Assembly: GCA_025360965.1 (NCBI GenBank)
Contig: JANYBC010000066.1
Coordinates: 16,594-80,593, forward strand
Length of the DNA stretch: 64,000 nucleotides
From: Anaeromyxobacter sp.
GTDB taxonomy: Bacteria > Myxococcota > Myxococcia > Myxococcales > Anaeromyxobacteraceae
Reading direction: 5' to 3'
Shown here: positions 40,917-49,227 of the stretch, piece after piece
Layout of the letters: every line of letters begins with the position of its first letter
Position numbering within the stretch: the first letter of the stretch is position 1
Translations under genes and position numbers: made by a program
Notes under the pieces: generated by a model
Seen by the model: only the letters and a program-made list of their open reading frames with translations
Databases searched by the model: none
What the model was told of the DNA's origin: nothing

Positions 40917-41963
40917 ATGAGCCAGGATCCCTCCATCGAGCAACGCGTCCGGGACGCGGTGTGCCGCGCCACCGGCCGCGAATGTCGAGCACTGCCGGTG
41001 AAGCGACTGGCCGGGCACGCCTCGATGCGGAGCTACTGGAGGGTCGGGTCGGCGCCGGCCTCCGCGGTGGTGATGGTGATGCCGCCCCAGGCCGGCCCCG
41101 AGGAGGTGACGTCGGGCGGGCCGCCGCCGGCCGATCCCTTCGTCGACGTGCAGCGCTACCTGGCCTCGATCGGGGTGCGGGTGCCGGGCATCTTGGCCTT
41201 CGAGGAGGCCTCCCGGCTGATGGTGCTGGAGGATCTCGGCGACGACATGCTGGAGACCAGGCTTCTGGCCGGCGACGACCGGGCCGGGCTCTACCGGCGG
41301 GCCATCGATCAGCTGGCGCGGCTGCGGGCCGCGGCCGAGGCCCGCCCGGCCGGCTGCGTCGCCTTCACCCGGTCCTTCGAGGCCGGCCTCTACCGCTGGG
41401 AGCTCGACCACTTCCGCGAGTGGCTGCTGGAGGCCTGGAAGGGGGCCACGCTCGCCCCCGCCGAGCGCGCCGAGCTGGACCGCCACTTCGACGCCATGGC
41501 CGCCTCGCTGGCCGCCGAGCCGCGCGGCTTCACCCACCGTGACTATCAGTCGCGCAACCTGATGGTCCTGCCGGGCGGCGAGCAGGCCGTCATCGACTTC
41601 CAGGACGCCCTGCTGGGCCCGCGCCAGTACGACCTGGTGGCGTTGCTGCGCGACAGCTACGTCGAGCTGCCGCCCGACTTCATCGAGGCCATGCTGCGGC
41701 GCTACCTGGCGCGCCTCGAGGCCGAGGGCGGGCCCAGGCTGGAGTACGGGCCGTTCCGCGAGACCTTCGACCTGCTCACCGTGCAGCGCAAGCTCAAGGA
41801 CGCCGGCCGCTTCGTCTTCATCGACCGCGTGCGCGGCAACCCGGGCTTCCTGGGCTCGATCCCCTCGTCCCTCCGCTACGTGCGCGAGGCGCTGGAGCGC
41901 CGGCCGGAGCTGGCGCCGCTGCAGCGGCTGCTGTCGCGCCACGTCCCCGAGCTGGGGTCGTGA
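40917..41963 (+). CDS. aminoglycoside-phosphotransferase-fold kinase (AmgK-like anomeric sugar kinase candidate)
   Basis: 348 aa with an APH-fold catalytic loop (FTHRDYQSRNLMV) and IDFQDA. The overall layout resembles MurNAc/GlcNAc anomeric kinases. The specificity is not provable from sequence alone. Confidence 0.6.
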   Translation: MSQDPSIEQRVRDAVCRATGRECRALPVKRLAGHASMRSYWRVGSAPASAVVMVMPPQAGPEEVTSGGPPPADPFVDVQRYLASIGVRVPGILAFEEASRLMVLEDLGDDMLETRLLAGDDRAGLYRRAIDQLARLRAAAEARPAGCVAFTRSFEAGLYRWELDHFREWLLEAWKGATLAPAERAELDRHFDAMAASLAAEPRGFTHRDYQSRNLMVLPGGEQAVIDFQDALLGPRQYDLVALLRDSYVELPPDFIEAMLRRYLARLEAEGGPRLEYGPFRETFDLLTVQRKLKDAGRFVFIDRVRGNPGFLGSIPSSLRYVREALERRPELAPLQRLLSRHVPELGS

Positions 41964-41997
41964 CCGGGCGCCGGTGCGGGTCCGCTCCCCGGGGCGG

Positions 41998-43605
41998 CTA
42001 CTCGGCCCCGACGCCGAGGTAGGTCCGCAGCTTCTCCGACTCGAACTTCTTCTGCGCCTCCGGCTCCGGCGTGAGCAGCGAGACCACGATCCCGGCCGCG
42101 AAGGCGGCGGTCATGGAGAAGATGGCCGGGTTCTTCATGGGGAAGATGGCCTGCTCGAAGTGGAAGAGGTCGACCCAGACCGTCTTGCTGAGGACGATCA
42201 TGGACACCGACGAGAGGCCGCCCACCAGGATCGACCAGACCGCACCCCAGGTCGTGAAGCGCTTCCAGACGATCGCCATGAGCAGCGCCGGGAAGTTGGC
42301 GCTGGCGGCGATGGCGAAGGCCAGGCCCACCATGAAGGCGACGTTCTGCCCCTGGAAGGCGATGCCGAGGGCCACCGCCACGACGCCGAAGATCACGGTG
42401 GCGATCTTGGCCGCCTTGACCTGCTCCTCCTCGGTGGCGCGCCCCTTCTTGATGACGCTGACGTAGATGTCGTGCGAGTAGGCCGAGGCGCCGGCCAGGG
42501 TCAGGCCGGCCACCACGGCGAGGATGGTGGCGAAGGCCACCGCCGCGATGAAGCCGAGGAAGGCCGAGCCCCACATGGCCTCGGCCAGCAGCGGCGCCGC
42601 CATGTTGCCGCCCCTGTCGAAGGCGGTGATCACCTTGTCGCCCAGCGTGGTCATGGCGCCGGTGCCGTCCTTCAGGGAGAGCAGCACCGCGGCGCCGAAG
42701 CCGACGATGGGGATGATCACGTAGAAGTAGCCGATCAGGCCGGTGGCGTAGAGCACCGAGACCCGGGCCGCCTTGGCGTCGGGCACGGTGTAGAAGCGCA
42801 TCAGGATGTGGGGCAGGCCGAGCAGCCCGAACATCAGCGCCAGGCCGAGCGAGATGGCGTCGAGCGGCGACGCGGTCAGCTCGCCGGGCACCAGCAGGTG
42901 CTTGGCCGGGTAGAGGTCGTTGGCCGCCCGGTAGAGCGCCGGCAGGCTGAAGCCGAACTTCGACATCACCAGGCCGGTCAGCACGGTGACCCCGCAGAGC
43001 AGCAGCACCGCCTTGATGATCTGCACCCAGGTGGTGGCCAGCATGCCGCCGAAGAGCACGTAAAGCAGCATCACCGCGCCCACCAGCACCTCGGCCAGCA
43101 CGAAGGGCATGCCGAACATGAGCGCGATGAGCGAGCCGGAGCCGACCATCTGGGCGATGGTGTAGAAGATGGTGGTGAGGATGCCGCCCACCGCGGCCGC
43201 GATGCGCACCGGGCCCTGGCGCAGCCGGTAGGCCACCACGTCGGCGAAGGTGAACTTGCCCAGGTTGCGCAGCGGCTCGGCCACCAGGAACATCAGCGCC
43301 GGCCAGCCCATCAGCCAGCCGGTGGCGTAGATCATCCCGTCGTAGCCCTTGAGCGCCACCATCCCCGAGATGCCGAGGAACGAGGCGGCCGACATGTAGT
43401 CGCCGGCCAGCGCGAAGCCGTTCTGCAGCGCCGAAACGCTGCGGCCGGCGGCGTAGTACTCGGAGGAGGTCCTGGTCTTGCGGGCGGCCCACCAGGTGAT
43501 GACCAGCGTCACCAGGATGATGAGGAAGAAGAAGCCGATGGAGGCGAAGGTGGGGTGGCCGAGCGAGGACTCGAAGGCCGGGGCTGCGGCGGGGGCAGGA
43601 GGCAT
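41998..43605 (-). CDS. actP: cation/acetate symporter (SSS family)
   Basis: 535 aa with about 13 TM segments and SSS-family sequence (AAGRSVSALQNGFALAGDYMSAASFLG). It is preceded by a DUF485 gene, as in yjcH-actP. Confidence 0.85.
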   Translation of the reverse strand: MPPAPAAAPAFESSLGHPTFASIGFFFLIILVTLVITWWAARKTRTSSEYYAAGRSVSALQNGFALAGDYMSAASFLGISGMVALKGYDGMIYATGWLMGWPALMFLVAEPLRNLGKFTFADVVAYRLRQGPVRIAAAVGGILTTIFYTIAQMVGSGSLIALMFGMPFVLAEVLVGAVMLLYVLFGGMLATTWVQIIKAVLLLCGVTVLTGLVMSKFGFSLPALYRAANDLYPAKHLLVPGELTASPLDAISLGLALMFGLLGLPHILMRFYTVPDAKAARVSVLYATGLIGYFYVIIPIVGFGAAVLLSLKDGTGAMTTLGDKVITAFDRGGNMAAPLLAEAMWGSAFLGFIAAVAFATILAVVAGLTLAGASAYSHDIYVSVIKKGRATEEEQVKAAKIATVIFGVVAVALGIAFQGQNVAFMVGLAFAIAASANFPALLMAIVWKRFTTWGAVWSILVGGLSSVSMIVLSKTVWVDLFHFEQAIFPMKNPAIFSMTAAFAAGIVVSLLTPEPEAQKKFESEKLRTYLGVGAE

Positions 43606-43641
43606 CGGGTGGTTCTCCGAAAGCGGGAGGGGGGCGAGGCG

Positions 43642-43980
43642 CTAGCGCCTGAGCTGGCTCTTGAGCCGCTCGACCTCGGGGTCGTAGGAGCGATTGGCCC
43701 AGACCACGTAGACGGCGGTGAGGATCCAGGCGAAGACCAGCGTGGCGATGCCGAGCACCAGGCCCACGTTGGTGATGGCGTCGGGGGCCTCGGAGAGGCG
43801 GCGGGCCACCACCCCGGGCGCGGTCGCCACCAGCAGGATGTAGCCGTAGTAGCCGACGAAAAGCAGGCCGAGGAGCGTGAAGCTGACCGTCCAGCGGGTC
43901 CGCACCAGGGCGCGGAAGTCGGGCGACTCGATCAGCTCGGTGGCGGTCTTGCTGGCCTCGACGGGGGGTGCGGCGCTCAT
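43642..43980 (-). CDS. yjcH: DUF485 inner-membrane protein (YjcH-like)
   Basis: 112 aa with two TM segments (FTLLGLLFVGYYGYILLV and VGLVLGIATLVFAWILTAVYV), AGGAGA upstream, and a position directly upstream of actP. Confidence 0.8.
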   Translation of the reverse strand: MSAAPPVEASKTATELIESPDFRALVRTRWTVSFTLLGLLFVGYYGYILLVATAPGVVARRLSEAPDAITNVGLVLGIATLVFAWILTAVYVVWANRSYDPEVERLKSQLRR

Positions 43981-44184
43981 CGGCGTCTCCTGGCGTGGGG
44001 CTGAGGTGGTGAGGCCGATCCGAATACCAGAAGTTGTTTGATGCGCAAAGAGATTGCTTTGGCCAATGCGATGGCCTGCGGGGCACGCGCGGCGCTGGCG
44101 TGGGGTGCGCGGCAGCGCTCAGGGGGGAGGTGCGCCCTCTCGCTGGGCGGAGCGGACCCGCTGGCGTAAGCTCACAGCACCTCG

Positions 44185-45987
44185 ATGGCCTCCCTGGATC
44201 CCGTCGCCTTCCTCCGCTCGACCCCGCCCTTTCATGCGCTGCCGGCGGCGCTCTTCGAGGCCGCGGCCGGCTCGCTCGAGATCGGCTACTACCCGGCCGG
44301 CTCGATCCTGGTCCGCGTCGGGGCCGAGCCGCTGCAGCACCTCTACGTGATCCGCAAGGGCTCGGTCCGGCTGGAGCGCGACGGCCAGACGCTGCAGGTG
44401 CTCGAGGAGGGAGAGACCTTCGGCTACACCTCGCTGCTCACCGGGAAGGCCACCCTCGACGTGCAGGTGGAGGACGACCTGCTCGCCTACCGGGTCCCGG
44501 CCACGCGCTTCCAGGCGCTGCTGGGGGACGCCCAGTTCGCCGGCCACTTCGCTGTCGGGCTCTCGCAGCGGCTCAAGAGCAGCCTGGAGCACTCGCCGGT
44601 CACCACCTTCAAGGCCGACCTGCAGCTCGAGGTCCAGCAGCTGCTGCGGCGGCCGGCCATCTGGGTGGAGGCCGGCGCCACCGTGGGCGAGGCGGCGCGG
44701 GTGATGCGCGACCAGCGGGTCTCGTCGGTGCTGGTCCGCGGTGACCCGCCAGGCATCGTCACCGACCGTGACTTCCGCAACCGGGTGCTGTCCGAGGGGC
44801 TGGGGCCGGAGACGCCGGTGGCCTCCATCGTCTCCCGCCCGCTGCGCACCGTCGACGCCGCCACGCCCATCTCGGCCGCCTGGACCACGCTGCTCGACAC
44901 CGGCGGCCACCACCTGCCCATCCGCCGCGGCGACGAGATCGTGGGCGTCCTCACCTCGAGCGACCTGCTCAAGGTCCACGCCCCCGGGCCGGTGGCGGTG
45001 CTGCGCCGAGTCGAGCGCATGGCCGACCGGACCGGGCTGCCGGGGTACGCCGCCAAGGTGACCGAGATGGTGGCGGCGCTGCTGGGCGGTGGGCTCGAGG
45101 CCGACCTGATCGCCGGCTACGTGGCCCGGCTCAACGACGCCCTGCTGCGCCGCCTCCTCACCTTCGCCGAGGCCGATCTCGGGCCGCCGCCGGCGCCCTA
45201 CGCCTGGGTGGTGATGGGCTCGGAGGGGCGCATGGAGCAGACCCTCCTCACCGACCAGGACAACGCCCTGATCTTCGACGACCTGGGCGAGGCGAAGCGC
45301 GACTGGTACCAGGCGCTGGCCGAGCGGGTCAACGCCGACCTCGAGGCGGCCGGCTTCCCGCCTTGCCAGGGCGGCTACATGGCGCGCCACTGGCTGGGGA
45401 CGGTCTCCGAGTGGGTGCAGCGCTTCGCCGGCTGGTTCGAGGCGCGCAAGCCGCAGGAGCTGCTCGAGGCCTCCACCTTCTTCGACTACCGCAAGGTGGG
45501 CGGGGCGCTCGACATCGAGCCGCTCGAGGCCGCGCTCAGCTCCACAGCCCAGCACCCGATCTTCCTGCGCTACCTGGCCCGGGCCGCCCTCGAGCTGCGG
45601 CCGCCCAACTCGCTGCTGCTGCGGCTGCGCGAGTCGACCGAGCTCGATCTCAAGATGCAGGGGCTGGCCCCCATCGTGCTGCTGGCCCGCTGCTACGGCC
45701 TGGAGATCGGCGCCGCCGAGCGCAACACCCACGCCCGGCTGGCGGCCGCCGTCAAGGCCGGCCTGATGAGCCAGGAGGTCTTCAACGTGGTGGGCGAGGC
45801 CTACAAGTTCCTGCTCGGCCTGCGGCTGCGGCTCCAGCTCAGGCTGGCCGCGGAGGGGAGGCCGGCCATCAACAAGCTGGCCTTCAGCGACCTCTCCGCC
45901 ATCGAGCGCAGCCGCCTCAAGGACGCCTTCCGGGCCATCAAGTCCTGGCAGGAGATGGCGGCCTACCACTACCAGGCCTCCTTCTGA
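44185..45987 (+). CDS. cNMP-binding-like / tandem CBS / DUF294 nucleotidyltransferase signalling protein
   Basis: 600 aa. The N-terminal cNMP-binding fold (FEAAAGSLEIGYYPAGSILV...GETFGYTSLL) lacks an obvious R-[ST]-A phosphate-binding Arg. Two CBS motifs follow. The nucleotidyltransferase motif is GSEGRMEQTLLTDQDNALIF, and the C-terminal DUF294_C-like region includes LKMQGLAPIV. Confidence 0.8.
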   Translation: MASLDPVAFLRSTPPFHALPAALFEAAAGSLEIGYYPAGSILVRVGAEPLQHLYVIRKGSVRLERDGQTLQVLEEGETFGYTSLLTGKATLDVQVEDDLLAYRVPATRFQALLGDAQFAGHFAVGLSQRLKSSLEHSPVTTFKADLQLEVQQLLRRPAIWVEAGATVGEAARVMRDQRVSSVLVRGDPPGIVTDRDFRNRVLSEGLGPETPVASIVSRPLRTVDAATPISAAWTTLLDTGGHHLPIRRGDEIVGVLTSSDLLKVHAPGPVAVLRRVERMADRTGLPGYAAKVTEMVAALLGGGLEADLIAGYVARLNDALLRRLLTFAEADLGPPPAPYAWVVMGSEGRMEQTLLTDQDNALIFDDLGEAKRDWYQALAERVNADLEAAGFPPCQGGYMARHWLGTVSEWVQRFAGWFEARKPQELLEASTFFDYRKVGGALDIEPLEAALSSTAQHPIFLRYLARAALELRPPNSLLLRLRESTELDLKMQGLAPIVLLARCYGLEIGAAERNTHARLAAAVKAGLMSQEVFNVVGEAYKFLLGLRLRLQLRLAAEGRPAINKLAFSDLSAIERSRLKDAFRAIKSWQEMAAYHYQASF

Positions 45988-46045
45988 CCGCGCCCCACGC
46001 CACGCGAAGGGCGCCGCGCCCACCGGGCCCGGGGTAGAGTGGCTC

Positions 46046-46645
46046 GTGTTCTTCTCGTCGCCCGCCTGGGACTCGGTCACCTACTGGTCCCTCGACATCG
46101 AGACCGGCGGACTCGACCCGAAGCGCGATCCCATCATCGCGCTCGGCATGCTCCCCATCCGGCAGGGCGTCATCCGGCTAAGCGAGGCCTACCGCACGCT
46201 GGTCAGGCCCGAGGAGGGTCGCGAGATCAGGCCGGAGTCGGTGCAGGCGCACCAGCTGGTCCGCGAGGAGGTCCGCGAGGCCCCGCCGCTCCCCGAGGTG
46301 CTGGCCGAGGTGGACCGGCGGGTCCGGGAGGGGGCGCTGCTGGTCCACCACCAGGGGATCGACGTCGCCTTCCTGAAGCGGGCCTTCGCCCGCCACGGCC
46401 GCCGCTGGCCGTCGCCGCCGGTGGTCGACACCGTCGAGCTGCTCCTCAAGCTGGAGCGGCGGCGGCGCTTCAGCGCCCCCGAGGCCGGCGGGGATGGACC
46501 GAGCGTCAACCTGGCGGCGGCGCGCCGGCGGCTCGGCCTTCCCGACTACCAGGAGCACGACGCGCTCACCGACGCCATCGCCACCGCCGAGCTCTTCCTC
46601 TGCCTTCGCGGCGCGCTCCGCGCCACCACCTTGCGCCAGCTCTGA
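46046..46645 (+). CDS. DEDD-family 3'-5' exonuclease (DnaQ/PolIII-epsilon-like)
   Basis: 199 aa with a GTG start. The Exo I motif is SLDIETGGLD, Exo II is LLVHHQGIDVAFL, and Exo III is HDALTDAIATAE. Confidence 0.8.
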   Translation: MFFSSPAWDSVTYWSLDIETGGLDPKRDPIIALGMLPIRQGVIRLSEAYRTLVRPEEGREIRPESVQAHQLVREEVREAPPLPEVLAEVDRRVREGALLVHHQGIDVAFLKRAFARHGRRWPSPPVVDTVELLLKLERRRRFSAPEAGGDGPSVNLAAARRRLGLPDYQEHDALTDAIATAELFLCLRGALRATTLRQL

Positions 46646-46662
46646 GGATCCGGGACGCCACC

Positions 46663-47406
46663 GTGAAGCTCGCCCTGCTCGCCGACGTCCACGCCAACCT
46701 GGAGGCCCTCGAGGCCTGCCTGGAGCACGCCGCCGAGCAGGGGGCCACCGAGGTGGCCTTCCTCGGCGACCTGGTCGGCTACGGCGCCGATCCGGCGGCG
46801 GTGCTCGCGCTGGTCATGGCCCGGGCCGAGGCCGGCGCGGTGGTGGTGCGCGGCAACCACGACGCCGCGGTGGTGGCCAGCGGCGCCGAGACCATGAACA
46901 AGAGCGCCGAGGCGGTGGTCGACTGGACCCGCCAGCAGCTCGCCCCCCCGGAGCTGGCCTTCCTGTCCGGCCTCCCGCTGGTGGCGAAGCGGGACGGGAT
47001 CTGCTTCGTCCACGCCAGCGCCGACCGGCCCGCCGACTGGACCTACCTCCACGACGCGGTCGACGCCGCCCGGAGCATCGGCGCGGCGCGCGCCGACTGG
47101 GTCTTCTCTGGCCACGTCCACCAGCAGGCGCTCTACCACCAGGCCCCGGCCGGCCACGCCCTGGCCTTCAAGCCGGTCCCCGGCGTCGTCATCCCGGTGC
47201 CGACCAGGCGGCCCTGGCTGGCGGTGGTCGGCTCGGTGGGGCAGCCGCGCGACGGCAACACCGCCGCCTGCTATGCCCTCTTCGACGCTGGCCGCGCCAC
47301 CCTGACCTTCCACCGGGTGCCCTACGACTGGTCGGTGGCGGCCGCAAAGGTCCGTGCGGCCGGCCTGCCCGAGTACCTGGCGGACCGGCTGGAGCGGGGA
47401 GAGTAG
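46663..47406 (+). CDS. calcineurin-like metallophosphoesterase
   Basis: 247 aa from GTG at 46663. The metal-ligand series is LLADVHAN, FLGDLVGYG, VRGNHD, FVHAS and SGHVH. The gap to the exonuclease gene is 17 nt and to the kinase gene 4 nt. Confidence 0.8.
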   Translation: MKLALLADVHANLEALEACLEHAAEQGATEVAFLGDLVGYGADPAAVLALVMARAEAGAVVVRGNHDAAVVASGAETMNKSAEAVVDWTRQQLAPPELAFLSGLPLVAKRDGICFVHASADRPADWTYLHDAVDAARSIGAARADWVFSGHVHQQALYHQAPAGHALAFKPVPGVVIPVPTRRPWLAVVGSVGQPRDGNTAACYALFDAGRATLTFHRVPYDWSVAAAKVRAAGLPEYLADRLERGE

Positions 47407-47410
47407 GGAC

Positions 47411-48826
47411 ATGAGCTCGAACCTCCAGTCCGGCGACGTCGTCGATGGGTTCACGCTGGGCGAACGGCTGCACGGCGGGGGCATGGGCATCATCTTCCGG
47501 GCCACGCCGCCGCCGGGGCGCGCCGACCTCGACTTCCCGCTCATCATCAAGGTGCCGCGGCTCGGCCCCGGTGAGCCGTCGGAGACGGTGGTCACCTACG
47601 AGGTCGAGGTGATGGTCCACGGCTCGCTGAGCGGGCCGCACGTCCCGCGCTTCGTGGCTGCCGGCGACCTGGCCGTCCACCCCTACCTGGTGATGGAGTA
47701 CGTGCCGGGCCGGTCGCTCAAGGAGTGGGTCGGCAAGGGTCCTCGGCCCGTCGAGGAGGTGGCGCGGCTGGGCGCGGCGCTGGCCCGCGCGGTCCACGCG
47801 CTCCACCTGCAGGAGGTGGTGCACCTCGACCTCAAGCCGGCCAACGTCATCGTCCGGGAGGACGGCGAGGTGGTGCTGATCGACTTCGGCCTGGCGCACC
47901 ACGCCCACTTCCCCGACCTGCTGGCCGAGGAGTTCCGCCACCCCATGGGCTCGGGGCCCTACATCTCTCCCGAGCAGGTGCTGGGGGTGCGACGCGACTC
48001 GCGCAGCGACGTCTTCGCCATCGGCGCCATCCTCTACGAGCTGGTCACCGCCACCTATCCCTTCGGGGCCCCGACCAGCCAGCGCGGCCTGCGCCACCGG
48101 CTCTGGCAGCTTCCCATCTCACCGCGGCGGCTGGTCCCGGAGTGCCCGGAGTGGCTGCAGGAGGTGATCCTGCGCTGCCTCGAGGCCCAGGCGGTCGACC
48201 GCTACGCCTCGGCGGCCCAGGTGGCGGTCGACCTGACCCACGGCGAGCAGGTGACGGTCGGCGAGCGAGGCCGGCGGCTGCGCCGGCCCGGGCTGGGGAC
48301 GCTGCTCAAGCGCTGGATCATGGCCACCGGCTACGAGCCCTCGCCCCTCGACCGGCCCAGCCAGCAGCTGGCCACCGCCTCGATCGTGCTGGCGGCGGTG
48401 GCGACCCAGCACCGGAACGAGCAGCGCTTCCAGGTGCTGCGCGAGGTGGTGAAGCGGTTGCTGGTGAGCGACCCGGACCGGCGCCTCACCTGCGTCACCG
48501 TCATCCCGGTGGCCTCGGAGCTGGCCGGCGGCCGGGAGGAAGAGGCCGGGACGGCGCGGCGCATCCGCCACCTGGTGCGGCTGCGCAACTGGGCCGAGCC
48601 GCTCGGCCTGCCGCCGGAGCGGCTCAGCTACCACGTCATCGAGTCGGGCGATCCGGCCGGGGCGCTGCTCGAGTACGCCCGCGTCAACCAGGTCGACCAC
48701 CTGGTGATCGGCGCGCCGCCGGCCGACGTGCCCATGAAGGGCACCTTCGTCTCCACCCGGGTGGCGGCCGAGGCGCCCTGCTCGGTGACCGTGGTGCGGT
48801 CGCGGGCCGGCGGCAAGGACGGCTAG
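47411..48826 (+). CDS. Ser/Thr protein kinase fused to a C-terminal universal-stress-protein (USP) domain
   Basis: 471 aa with kinase motifs HLDLKPANVIV, DFGLA and SPEQ. The C-terminal roughly 140 aa have a USP layout (IVLAAVATQ...DHLVIGAPP...STRVAAEAPCSVTVVR). Confidence 0.8.
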   Translation: MSSNLQSGDVVDGFTLGERLHGGGMGIIFRATPPPGRADLDFPLIIKVPRLGPGEPSETVVTYEVEVMVHGSLSGPHVPRFVAAGDLAVHPYLVMEYVPGRSLKEWVGKGPRPVEEVARLGAALARAVHALHLQEVVHLDLKPANVIVREDGEVVLIDFGLAHHAHFPDLLAEEFRHPMGSGPYISPEQVLGVRRDSRSDVFAIGAILYELVTATYPFGAPTSQRGLRHRLWQLPISPRRLVPECPEWLQEVILRCLEAQAVDRYASAAQVAVDLTHGEQVTVGERGRRLRRPGLGTLLKRWIMATGYEPSPLDRPSQQLATASIVLAAVATQHRNEQRFQVLREVVKRLLVSDPDRRLTCVTVIPVASELAGGREEEAGTARRIRHLVRLRNWAEPLGLPPERLSYHVIESGDPAGALLEYARVNQVDHLVIGAPPADVPMKGTFVSTRVAAEAPCSVTVVRSRAGGKDG

Positions 48827-48839
48827 GGCGAAAGCAAGA

Positions 48840-48877
48840 GAGCGCGCCTCGCGACCCTGTGGGTGCGAAGCGCGCTC
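48840..48877. terminator. GC-rich hairpin between convergent genes
   Basis: GAGCGCGCCTCGC (48840-48852) pairs with GCGAAGCGCGCTC (48865-48877) at 12 of 13 positions around a 12-nt loop. There is only a weak T-tract (CTCTTGCTTTCG on the minus strand). Confidence 0.35.
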
Positions 48878-48905
48878 CTGGTGCTGCGGGCTCTGCGGCC
48901 TGACG

Positions 48906-49094
48906 CTACTTGCGGTTCATGACCTTGAGCATGAGCCAGATGACCACGCCCATCGCTCCGACACCGCCGAGGAGGTAGAGCAGCGGCGCGACGCCGTGCA
49001 TCTCGCCGAGTCCTTCGGGTCCCTCGTTGGCGACGGCCAGGCTGGCGAGGGAGGTGAGGACGGCGGCGGCGGCGGTGCGGACGGACAGCTTCAT
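48906..49094 (-). CDS. small hypothetical membrane protein (signal peptide + one TM)
   Basis: 62 aa from the ATG at 49094 (MKLSVRTAAAAVLTSLASLAVANEG...LLYLLGGVGAMGVVIWLMLKVMNRK), with GAGGAG 6 nt upstream. I recognise no family. Confidence 0.4.
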   Translation of the reverse strand: MKLSVRTAAAAVLTSLASLAVANEGPEGLGEMHGVAPLLYLLGGVGAMGVVIWLMLKVMNRK

Positions 49095-49160
49095 GGTTCG
49101 GCTCCTCGCGGATGCGGGCCTCATCGCGCGAGCGGTGCGGCCGGGTGGTGCGGCAATCTA

Positions 49161-49207
49161 GCACAAAAAGTGAGCGGCCCCCGGCGCCTCAAGGCACCGG
49201 GGGCCGC
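49161..49207 (-). terminator. rho-independent terminator downstream of the MFS gene
   Basis: A perfect 11-bp stem pairs GCGGCCCCCGG (49174-49184) with CCGGGGGCCGC (49197-49207) around a 12-nt loop. On the minus strand it is followed by CACTTTTTGTGC (A-run 49165-49169 on the + strand). Confidence 0.75.
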
Positions 49208-49227
49208 CGTTCAAGCGATGCCCGCCC

